From: Paraspadella gotoi
Taxonomy: Eukaryota; Animalia; Chaetognatha
DNA: 64,000 bases
Assembly (NCBI GenBank): GCA_051294375.1
Contig: CM119269.1
Coordinates: 13,300,790-13,364,789, forward strand
Reading direction: 5' to 3'
The position numbers and the translations under genes were made by a program. Below the pieces are notes generated by a model that saw nothing but the letters and a program-made list of their open reading frames with translations, was not told the DNA's origin and did not search any database. Numbering within the stretch: the stretch's first letter is position 1; each line of letters starts with the position of its first letter. Positions 52,304-64,000 of the stretch are shown piece by piece.

Positions 52304-55300
52304 TCTCTCCTCTCTGCTCCCCCTCGTCGTCCTCTCACGGGATCGCCTGAGTGGTGGCCCATACATCACGCCATCCGCTTTTAGTGCTTCCGCATTCAAA
52401 ATCCACGTTCGCATTAACAGCGTGAAAGGGAGTAGAGAAGATATAAATCAAAGGAAAGGTATTAATTAGGTAAGATTTGCCGCTTATCTCTGAGAACTCC
52501 GAAAGCCGCGTGCCGGGAGAGAGAAAGAGAGAGAAGAGGAGAGAGGAGAGAGGAGAGAGAGAGAGAGAAGCAGAGGAGTAGAGAGGAGATGAGAGAGGAG
52601 AGAGAGAGAGAAGAGAGAGAAATAGAAAGGGTAATGGCATACATTGCGGATATTTTTGATGGGTCTGGTCCTATCCCAGATAAATTTTTATAGATTCTTC
52701 AGCACCCATTGTTCCCATGCCTTTTTCGACGCTCTAGTCCTATGCACTGGCTCTCGTCTTGGTTATGCGCGCATCTGCTCGCTGCCTTTCATCAGTTCCC
52801 TCCCTCCCCCTCCTGCTTTGTGTCTCTCTCTCTGTCTGGGCGGCCCATCTCCCCGCAAATTGCTTATTCTATTCGCTTTTTTGTTTGCTCTGGCGAAATA
52901 AGTGGGCAATTCGTCCTCTGCATCTAAACAGAAAGAAGACAGAAGAACAAAAAGAATCAACGAAGAGAGGAATTGTCACTTGTGTTTTCGCCGTCTGGGC
53001 AATCTGATAGTCGTCGTCGTCGTCGTGCGTCGTCGTGTCTTGTTAATGTCGACATGGTAAGAACGGTCGTTGTCAGAGTCGTTGTTAAACGGATGTTATT
53101 TCCGGATGCAGAATGCTAATGCGTTTTCCAAGACAACGTCTTATAAACTAACCTTATAAAAACATAAATAGAAAAAACACTAGAAAAGACATTCGAGGTT
53201 GTCTTTTATTATATTCACGAATCATTTTTTATCATTCGATTTTTTGTAATTGAATGTTTCACATGAACAGATTTTGTAGCCTTCTCCCATCTAGGTTTTT
53301 CTTCCTCCTCTTTTAAGCAGAGCTTTATTACTTCGATGCTTTTCCAGATCCCTTCTTATTTCCTATTCAACCTTCTATCTCTCGTCCCCATTTATCTATC
53401 TTGTTTTCTCTTATTCGCCTTTTTAGCACCTCGTTTCCATGTCTTTATATTCCTCTTTTCTTTCCTTCGATATTGTCAATTGTTTTGTCTTCTTCGCTCT
53501 TCCTTTCTCTAATTTCTTAATTCGGGAGTTTCTTTCTCCATTCCATCCCCATTCCTCGCATCTCCCCTTTCCTTTATCTCGCTTTCCTCCCTTTCTCGCT
53601 TTCCTTTATCTCGCTTTCTCCCGCTTTCTTCTTCCTTTATCTCCCTTTCCACTCTTTTCTGCGCTTGTCCTTTACCTCCCTCGTTCCTCCGTTCCCTCTT
53701 TCCAACCAGATTCTTTCATGCCCCCAAGGCTTTATGTCGAGTGAAGGGCTTCTAATTCTAATGATGATGGCCGGCGGCGGCGGCGGCGGCGGCGGCGCCG
53801 TCTCCGTCAACGGGGCCGTCACGCGCTCGACGGCGTTAACATGTTCGAAAGTGACCGTCGCCCGAGTCGAAAGTGACGCCGGCCGACGGTTTGGAGTCGT
53901 GACGCCTAACAATCGGAAGTTTGAAAGAGAGGCAGAGAGAGAGAGAGAGGAGATGAGAGAGAGACGAGAGAAGAGAGAGAGGAAGAGAGAGAGAGAAGAG
54001 AGAGAGAAGGAGAGAGAGAGAAATGGGTGGAGAAATTGGAAAAAAGTTCCCTATGGCAGATGGAGAAATTCGTTTTCTTCGTTGAATTGCGCTCTTTTTT
54101 TCACTGATTGCAGATTCTTGAAAAATTGAAAATGCTATTTCGTTGCTTGCTTTATTGCGGCGCTACACTTGTTGATTGCATGTGATTTCTTACATTGACT
54201 CTTTAGAGGCAAAACGGTATACGCGCAGTCCATTTATTGCTCCTAATCATTGCATTGGCACACATTCGCATCTCTGCTGTCACATTGCAGAGACAGAATT
54301 AGAATTTTTTTCCAGAGGTATAGGTTCGGCAGGTATTTTGCACAATGTGTTAAGGCAGTCGCTCATATATATAATTATATATATATGATATCATACTATA
54401 TATGGACGTTATTATATGGTATCCCTTAGAATTATTCTCATCATCAGATATCTCAATTTCGCTTTTTGTATCACGAGATTGAGCTCGCGAATACTATGTG
54501 AGTTGCGTTTTCTTTAGACAGTTTTTACTATCATTTATTTGCAGTTATGTTTAAATTATGATTGACGTGTTTTATCCTTATTAATGGTAAGCTTTTTGCA
54601 CCAAATGTTATTAATGCCGTATTGACGACCGAGGGAAATTAGTATGTAGCTGTATAATATTACAGTTACTGAATATTACTAGATTTGATGAGTGATACGC
54701 TGTTATTAAACACTATGGTCGATACATTAGTTGCTATGATTTTGTTGAGTAAGGAAGCGAAGATCTGAGCTCTCATATGTGTGCCAGTATGATTGATAAG
54801 TGTATGCCAAGGTGTCGGGCTCGTGTCAAAAAAAGGATTTAAAATATATCGAACGGCGGGATTTCCTTTTAATTTCCAGGAACACGACAACAAGCCCAAA
54901 CAAGTAAACCCTTTCGATCTCAAGATCTGAGAGAGAGGAGAGGAGAGAGAGTACAGGCGATCGAGAGAGGAGATGAACGAGGAGGAAGAGACTACGACTG
55001 TGAGTGAGAGTATACGGAGATGAGAGAGAGAGAGAGAGAGTGAGAAGAGAGAGATACGCAGGGTCTGGTAGACCTGAATGCGAGAGATACAGAGCAGGTC
55101 AGACGACGGAATTAAGAAGTCTCGAAATTAAACCCGGACCTTAAAAGCGAAGAAACACCAGCACCAAGTTTAAAGGCTCTTAAATATTGATTCTCTGCGA
55201 TTTTGCCAAAGTCATCCTTCGTACTTAGGCCTCTGCCTCACTCCTCCTCGCCTCCTCTCCTCCTTCTCCTCTTCCAACCTCTTTTCCTAGCTTGGGAGAT

Positions 55301-56593
55301 TTCGCTGAAACCAGAATTCGCTTTGCATATTTTGGCTTTTTCGATCGGTTTTTCCAAAACTACTTTGACCTCAGGACGAGGACATGTATCTGATTTTATG
55401 CATGTGAGACAGCATAAGATCTGTACGGACGCTAAGACGGCGCCCCTTCGTAAGGAATATATTGAGACATAGGATAGACAGATCCAAAAAGACGGGACAG
55501 GGAGCCCGAAAAGAGTTAGATATGGAGACAGAACGGCTGTAGCGCCGGCGACTAATAATATTTAAGGGAACCGAAGTTTTTTGCACCTTTAGACACCCAA
55601 AAGGAGACTCGAGAGCGGGATTGGATTCATTTCTCGATCCCCCAACTGAACCAATTTGTTAATCGTCATGAAGATCAGTAAAAATTAAAGATAAGAATTA
55701 GGCGGGAGACGTAACTCATAGGTAACGGTGCGGTTTAAGAAAATTGGAGGGTTAAAGCACCTGCTACAAGAAGAAATCGTAAGAACTTCTTTTTTTAAGG
55801 TATTGACTCTCTTGTTTCGAATTTGTGCAATCATAAGTATGGTGAAAAAATATGAAAAAGCTATTATAATCATACATCAGATCATACGAATTTTTCGCGG
55901 ATAAATTATTTATTACTTTTTCTTATTTTGGACCAAGAAACATACAATATTTTTTGAAAGTTGGTAGTTTAAATTTATTTAGCTTTTTATATGCTCTCAT
56001 GCATGAATTCCTTCAAAAAAAGTTAAGATTGGATTAAAAAAATTTTTTAATCTGATTATAATAATAATATTGTACTATTTTAATAGCACAATAAAGAGCA
56101 TTAAGAATCGAACTTTTTTAAAAAATTCTTTTTTTTAACCCTAAAGTAGACCTTGCAAGACTAGAAGTTTTTGAAGCCCCCGCCGCTATTGAGTTTAATT
56201 TCATAATAATGATTTCTAATAAGATTGCTGAATCTATTACTAGATGGATAGCGAAGGTTGGGTTCAAGAGACGGGTAAGTAAGATTACTAGACACACCCG
56301 AGGGGTATTGGGTAAATACCACCCGTTTCACCTTTTAGCTGTAGGGAATATTATCACGTTTTAGATCGCTTAGAACCGTAAATTTTAAACAAAACAATTA
56401 ACAACATAGGAAAGATAAAAAGTTAATAGAAGATGTACTCAAGATAGACAAATAAACAAACAAAAAATTAAAGATACGAAAGGGAGAATAAATTAGGTTT
56501 AGTATCGATTGTGCATTCAGCGTTTCTTTTGAAGATGAGCTCAGAGGCGCTATTTATAGCCGAGACTCGGATCGATGACTCCGGTAGGTGACC
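51100..56593. other. Indel-rich duplicate segment, probable long-read gap-fill artefact
   Basis: ~51100-52260 is a noisy direct copy of 56960-57890 and ~52320-56593 a noisy inverted copy of 43604-47230; differences are mostly scattered 1-3 bp insertions; lies between gaps at 50525-50549 (25 N) and 56676-56959. Confidence 0.8.
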
Positions 56594-58246
56594 GACGATG
56601 ACAGTGATAACACGACGCGACAATGACGACGATGATGACGACAACGATGAAAGAACGACGACGACGAGGACGACGNNNNNNNNNNNNNNNNNNNNNNNNN
56701 NNNNNNNNNNNNNNNNNNNNNNNNNNNNNNNNNNNNNNNNNNNNNNNNNNNNNNNNNNNNNNNNNNNNNNNNNNNNNNNNNNNNNNNNNNNNNNNNNNNN
56801 NNNNNNNNNNNNNNNNNNNNNNNNNNNNNNNNNNNNNNNNNNNNNNNNNNNNNNNNNNNNNNNNNNNNNNNNNNNNNNNNNNNNNNNNNNNNNNNNNNNN
56901 NNNNNNNNNNNNNNNNNNNNNNNNNNNNNNNNNNNNNNNNNNNNNNNNNNNNNNNNNNNGAGAGAGAGAGAGAGAGAGAGAGCCTGAAACTCAATCGGCC
57001 GAGACTTATTCATGGATCGCGCCTAAAAACGTCGTCCTCACATTGGGCCTTGCTTTTGTTAGTGTCGTCGTTATCGTCAACTTCAACGTCAACATCGTCA
57101 TCTTCCTAGGGGTCCCAGTTTATTTTCGTCGTCATCGTCGTCGTCATCGTCGCCGTCACCGTCGTCATTTACCGAGAATTCTTGAACGGATTGAGATTTC
57201 TTTATGAGCCGTTTCTTTGCGCCCAAACTTATCAAACAGTTTAAAAAAAACATTTAACATTAAATTTCAAAGTAAAATATATGGTGGCCGATTTTATTAC
57301 TCGAGAAAGTAAGGTCAAAGCCGCTCTTATTGACAAGGGAGACAAATTAGTAAAAAAAAATTTTTTTTTAATAATGTCGGAGATAAAGTCAAGGAATCTC
57401 TCTCTCTACTCTCTCTGTCTCTTCTTTCTCTTCTCTCTTCTCTCTCATCTCACTCTCTCTTCTCTCAATTTCTCTCTCTTACTACCTCTCATCTCTCTCT
57501 TCTTCTCTTCTCTCTCTCCTCTCAATTTGCCCCCTAGATCTGTCAATTCAACTTTTTTTTTATTTGTAATCCTTTCGAGAAAAAATCTTGTATTCTCCTG
57601 TACATACTCCTATCCTTCTTGTTCATCTCCTGTTTCCTCGCATTCTGAAACACAATGTCTCTCTCTGTCTCTCTATCACACAGTCCGCAACACATCTTTT
57701 CTCAAGCTTTTTTCCTCATTCCGAAATTCCTTTCTTCCTGCTCTCCTTTTAGCCAACCCTCTCTCTCTTCTCTCTTTCTTCTGCTGAATTCCTTTCTCCT
57801 TTTTATTCCACAAAATCCTTATTTGTCCATTAAACGAACGCGTGATATTTACATGTCTTATCTCCTCTCTCTTCTATCTCTCTCTCTCTCTACTCATCAT
57901 CTTCTCCTTCTCTCTCTTTCTCTCTCTCTCTCTCCCACCCTCCCTCTCACTCTCTGTCGCTCTTTTACTCTTTTTCTCTCGCTAACTTCTCTTTCAGGCA
58001 CTTGTCCTTTAAAAATTTATTGGTTTGTAATTATATAGTCAACTAAATCTGAACTCGTATTTCCAGTTGCAAGGAGGAATATTATAAGTCACTTATCATT
58101 GAAACGGTTTTTCTCTCCCACTGTATTTTTCTACTTGTTTTTCTGTTTTCATGTCTGTCTCTTTTTTTTTTATCTCTCTCATACGCTTACTTTTCTTTTC
58201 TAAATGGTAGGGTAATTCAGCGCGGTAAACAGAAAGGCCACGTCCG

Positions 58247-58318
<72 letters not shown>

Positions 58319-58424
58319 TCCTTCTTTCTTTCTTTGTTATTTTTTCCTTGTTCTCCTCATTTATTCTTCTCTGTTTTTGACAGATTCCATAACATTTCCG
58401 TCGCAGCAAAAGTCGTTGACGTCG

Positions 58425-58459
<35 letters not shown>

Positions 58460-58909
58460 GTTGTCGTCGTCGTCGTCGTCGTCGTTTCCGTTATCGTCGT
58501 CGAGGTAAATTGGAAAATTCCCGCGCTTCGCATCTTCGTATCTTCACGCTTTGCTAATGTCAATGACAGTTTAAAGATCCCGTTTTTGTTTACGGCGTTT
58601 CCAGCTAAGATAAACCTTACACGCAACTCATTTTAAATTTTAATTACGATAAAGTTCCTGGCTAATTTGTTATTTAAAATCTCTATGTCAACTTTCCTCT
58701 TTTTTTTTCACTTTTGTTTTGTATTTTTCCTCATTTTTTTCTTTTCGCCTTTTATTCCCTTCTCTCCTGTCCTAGAGTCATTTTCTTCTCTCCTTCTGTT
58801 TGCTTTTCTTTTTTCCTTTTCCTCTTATTTCTTTTTCTTCTCAACTCTCAACTTTCTTTTCTTTTCTCCTCTCCTTCTCTCCTCTCTTCCCTCTTTCTCT
58901 GCTCTCCTA

Positions 58910-58941
<32 letters not shown>

Positions 58942-59619
58942 NNNNNNNNNNNNNNNNNNNNNNNNNCTGGTCTCCTCTCCTCTCTCCTCTCTCTCTCTTC
59001 GCCTTTCATTCCTCAAACCTCAGTTTCCGGAAGGGGTCTGGATTGCTTTATTGCGCCCTTGTCTGCCGTTGCCGCGCTAAACACTTCTGCGTCTCCATTC
59101 TTTCCCTGTTTTTGTATTGTCGCGCAATAAATTCGCGAGATCGATAATCGGGAGCCAAAGCCCGCGGGCGGGGCGCGCGGGACGGTCGCGCGCGGATCGG
59201 TAGCGCGCTGACGGGAGCGGATGCGGCGCCGTGGAGAGCGGGCGTGTGAACAGGTTGTACGTGCACGACATAGTACATATCGAGCCACAAAAAGAACAGT
59301 GTGGCTAGACCACATATGACAGCCCCAAACCCACGCAAAAAAAAGGCAAAGCACAACCAAAAATGAAGAAGTAAGCTAGGCATGCCAGTAAATCTTTGAT
59401 GGCTCATGGAATGCTCAGATTGCCCAAATGAGAGTCACCGTTAACAGGAGAACGGAAATGCGCGCGCGGAATGGAACGCTCTGGAAATTGACTGCGCTCA
59501 AACATGCGCCTAAACGATGGCGCACGGAAAGCGCATTCAAAGCCAGGATGTCACCGTCCAGAGAGGCGCACGATGTGACGCCGAATCTGCGACTAGAACG
59601 ACGACGACACCGGAGCGTA

Positions 59620-59970
59620 CGCCGACGACGGACCGACCGACCGAACCGACCGAGCCGACGATGCGACGACCGACCGACGTGGAAGCGAGGCAGCACGCGA
59701 CAACACGATCCGAGGTGGGGGCCGAACCCGACCGAGGACCGACCCGACGGCCGACCCGGAGCCCCGACCGACCCGACGACCGAACCGACGACGCCGGAGC
59801 GATCCGACCGACCCGGACCGAGCGAGCCCGACCGACCGAGCGACGACGACCGACCGACCCGACCGACTCCGACCGACCGACCGACCGACGCCGACCGACC
59901 GATCCGAGCGGACCGACCGACCGACCGACTCTCACCGATGCCGACCGACCGACCGACCGACCGGCCGACC
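59620..59970. repeat. Degenerate (CCGA)n simple repeat
   Basis: Direct reading; source of the spurious PTDR-rich ORFs. Confidence 0.9.
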
Positions 59971-60043
59971 GTTCGACATCGGAGACTTTGAATGTGAATA
60001 TTCAGATGAATCTATTTTTTCCGTGATGTCTTCGAGACCGGCC

Positions 60044-60108
<65 letters not shown>

Positions 60109-60176
60109 CTCTGCTCTCGTCTCTTTTTTCAAGGTCGTCAATTTTTCTTTCTTCTCTCTCTCTTCTCTCGTCTTCT

Positions 60177-60207
<31 letters not shown>

Positions 60208-62001
60208 CTCTCTCTCTCTCTCTGCTCTCTCTCTCTCGTCGTTTCTCTCACTCATCATCTCTCTCGCTCGTATTCATTTTTCAATTGGCGTCGTCGGCGA
60301 TAAAAAAATATCCTTGGAAACGAGTTTGGATGATGCATGACGGACTCGATGATGACGACGAAAAGCGGTACGACGAACGACGAAAACGACGACGACTACG
60401 ACTGTGTGCAGATTTTTTCTTTTTATATGAGAAATAAAAATAAAATAGAACCACCGACCACTATTTCATTTAATTAATGTCACGTTGATTGTGATTATGG
60501 AAAATTAATAGTTATGCGGACGCGATCAATGATAGTTATAGTTAATAAATACGTAAAAAACGGATTCCAAATGTTGATCAGATAAAAAAACGAACGACGA
60601 TCGACGACGGCGACGAAAAAGACGATGACGACGAAAAGGCGAAACCCGACTTTATGCAGCTACCCAAAACGACAACTAAGACAACGACGTATCAAAATCA
60701 ACAACAACAACGAAAGAAAACTGACCGCCGCAAACATTGCGCAGCGCGGACTCGTTAAGATGCTCCGATGGATCAGTCGTTCATAGCGATTTCCTGTCTT
60801 AGCGTCGCTCGGTCGTCGTCGTCGTTTCGCGTCGGTCCGTAGCGTCGTTTCGTTCGTCGTCGTCGGTTCTGTCGTCCGTCGTTATCGTTCGTCATCGTCG
60901 TTCGTCGTTCGTCGTCGTTCGTCGTCACCCGTCGTATCAGTTCAAGTCAATATTCCGGTTTCCAGCTAATCGAGGGGCGCTTCGGCGGTTGAATGACGCC
61001 AAACTCGAGGAGCGACGCTGATTTTCTGCTCCGTTCCGATGAACTGTTAGTAGCGTCGGCCAGAGCGGCTCCGCTGTCAGCTCGGTGGCAGATCCGGAAG
61101 CTCTGGGAGACACGTTGGGCAATGGAATCATTTGGTAAGGACACTCTTTGGCCCCCAACGGCTCTATTCATATTGCGACCTCGAGACCATTGTTGACATT
61201 TTTTAGCGCAATACCAGATTGGCGGTATGGCTTGCATATTTGGCATTGTTGATTACAGTTAAATTCAGTTTATTCGGCAGACGGTGAGCTGTAATATGTC
61301 CGCAAAAGCAATGATTTTAAACAAGAATGTGACATACATAACATACTACATAGTACCATATACCGGTACTACGTTAGGTTTGTTCTAATTAATTGATTTT
61401 TTCTTTGCGTTCATTTTTAAAAATAAATTTTAAAAATTTTTACCGAGTTTGTGATTAAATCGCTTCTTCGGTTTATTTTTCGTGTTTTAGGGGGAGAATT
61501 ACAGTTCAAAAATTGTTATTATTGTATAATATGTTTAAGATAATCCCCCAGTATGTTTATGATTTAACTGATTGAATCCGTCGTAATGGTGCGAGCATTC
61601 TTGTAGTCTTCGGTTTCTCGTTTAACGTTGAATGAAAAAAAAAAACTCTCTAGCGAAAACGAGTTGTTTTTTCCAATTAAATTCTCTCTCTCTCTCTCTA
61701 CGTACTCTACTACTCTCTCTCTCTCTCTCTCTCTTCTTCTCTCTCTCTCTCTCTCTCTCTCTCTTCATCTCCTTTCCCAAAAAATTCCTTACTAGTCTCT
61801 CTCTCTTCGCGAGCCCGATCGTGAGTGAGCCGCTCCTCTCTCGGCCCGATTCGGGAAAGCTGGGGGGGGCGCGCTGTTTTTCCTTCGTGGCGAAGAAAAA
61901 CCCATAAAACTGGTGTTCCGTCCTAAATCACGACTTCTTTCGCTTCCACTCCCTCCCTTTTTACTTTAACGTCTTCGATTGGCGGCCGTTCTCTCGCTCC
62001 G

Positions 62002-62071
<70 letters not shown>

Positions 62072-62368
62072 CCCTCTCTCTCTCTCTCTCCCAGTCGGGA
62101 ATTCATGTTTGAGACTTCCAAACTCTCAATACTTTCTGATGAAATGCTGTGGGGTTACCATAGGTTGACCTGGCGTTTGATGAAACTCGTCATAAGTGCT
62201 GTTAGGTTGGGTTGTGGAAATGGTAAGATTCGTTTTGTATTAACTATAGTATAGTTAAGTATATCGATTGAAGTGGGAGATTGCTGATTATTATATTTCA
62301 ATAAAGAGAAATTAAAATTGCGAAATATTTGCTCCAACTAGATCAAACGCCGGGTCGTTATCTCTCTC

Positions 62369-62401
<33 letters not shown>

Positions 62402-62924
62402 CGATATTGCATCGGAGATTTTGTCGAAAGTCGAGTTGGAAAGAAATGAAAAGGAAAATAAAGAGAAAGAAAGAAAGATAGAAAGAAAGAAAGAAAGACA
62501 AAAAGAAAGACAGAAACAAGTGAAAGAAAGGAAAGATTAAAATATTGAAAAACAATTGCAATATACGACCTAAACTCTTATAATTTGTAAGATATGGCCG
62601 CTGAATACTTATCCAAATTTCTAAAATTTCTCAAAAATTACTCCCTCTACCGTCTGATTAGACTCGACAAACAAATGATGAAAAGAGGAAAAACAAATAA
62701 AACGATTTTAAAAAGAAAAAAAGAAAAAAGAAAATAAAATAAAAAAGAACAAATTATCGGAACAAAGAAAAAATCAAGCAAAAGACGAAGATAAACAAAC
62801 GAACGTCGCATCATTACGGCCCCTCGCGTTTTGCGAAAAAAATGGCGCCACTTCCGACGAACGTGACTTATGGCGTCGGCGGCGAGGTGGAGTCGGCAGA
62901 GTCGGCAGTATGGGCAGCGTCGAC

Positions 62925-63530
62925 AGCAATTGTGATTGTGATAACTGATGATGACAACTACAGCGACGCAGATTGCAATAACCAAAGAGGATAACGACAA
63001 CGATAAAGATGACGGTAACCATTGATGACAACGAAATCAACTCAGATAATGAGAAACGTAAATACAACTTCAACAGAGATTGTGATAACCACTTATGACA
63101 ACAAAAGCGACAAACATTGTGATAAGCGTCATTGACAATGACAACCACACAGATTGCGATATTTTAGAATGACAACAAAAGGGACACAGATTGTGATAAC
63201 ATTAAATGATAATTACGTCAAAACAGATTGTGTTAACTGCATATGACAACTAAAGCGACAAATATTGAGGTAAGCATCGATAAAAACGATGTCGAAATGG
63301 ATTGTGATAACTGTTGATTACAAAGACATAAATACAGATGGTGATGACCTATGTCAACAAAAGGGACAAATATTGTGATAAGTGTCAATGACAATGACAA
63401 CAACACAGATTGTAATACCTTAGAATGACAAAAAAAGCAACAGAAATTGTGAAAACCGCCAATGACAATGACAATCAAGACAAACTGTGAAAACTGCGAT
63501 GACGACAGATTGTGATTTCAACGATGACAA
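62925..63530. repeat. Degenerate minisatellite (GATTGTGATAAC...ATGACAAC units)
   Basis: Recurrent (A/G)ATTGTGATAA and AATGACAAC motifs at ~30-60 bp spacing. Confidence 0.75.
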
Positions 63531-64000
63531 CGACAACAACAACAACCAAGATCAGGAAGACGTAATAAATCTTTTGTTTTTCTCGAATCTGATTTCCTGT
63601 GGATGAAGGGAATCATGTCAAGGGCAGGCCACCCGACGACGACGACGACGACGACGACGANNNNNNNNNNNNNNNNNNNNNNNNNNNNNNNNNNNNNNNN
63701 NNNNNNNNNNNNNNNNNNNNNNNNNNNNNNNNNNNNNNNNNNNNNNNNNNNNNNNNNNNNNNNNNNNNNNNNNNNNNNNNNNNNNNNNNNNNNNNNNNNN
63801 NNNNNNNNNNNNNNNNNNNNNNNNNNNNNNNNNNNNNNNNNNNNNNNNNNNNNNNNNNNNNNNNNNNNNNNNNNNNNNNNNNNNNNNNNNNNNNNAAGAG
63901 ACGAAGAGAAAAAAGCGAAAAACCGAATCAGGAAATCTGGACTCAAGGGGTTGACGTACTTCTTATCTGTCTGTCTGTCTCTGTCTGTCTGTCTGGCTGT

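Overview
AT-rich, microsatellite-laden animal (metazoan) genomic DNA with GT-AG spliceosomal introns and six scaffold gaps; no prokaryotic features. Genes reconstructed by reading splice sites: (1) 5' part of a secreted Met/Thr/Ser/Asn-rich mucin-like gene (- strand, 1492 to ~434, frameshifted inside its 63-bp repeats); (2) last three exons of a myosin-II heavy chain/paramyosin-type coiled-coil gene (+, 3873-5207); (3,4) two tandem intronless paralogues, each encoding two fused CD20/MS4A-like tetraspan domains, i.e. 8 TM (+, 8901-10244 and 11157-12509), the most unusual feature of the window; (5) an 8-exon secreted, probably GPI-anchored alpha-carbonic anhydrase (+, 22090-28198, one 1-bp frameshift); (6) seven exons of a divergent SLC32/VGAT(VIAAT)-like transporter (-, 38422-35117, first exon not found). 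Several non-autonomous repeat families are present (Helentron-like, TTAA-associated MITEs, a tRNA-headed SINE-like element, a 324-bp permuted repeat, a hairpin-rich repeat). The right third is poor-quality assembly: ~51100-56593 is an indel-rich copy of 56960-57890 (direct) plus 43604-47230 (inverted), most likely a long-read gap-fill artefact. All protein family calls come from motif recognition, not database searches.
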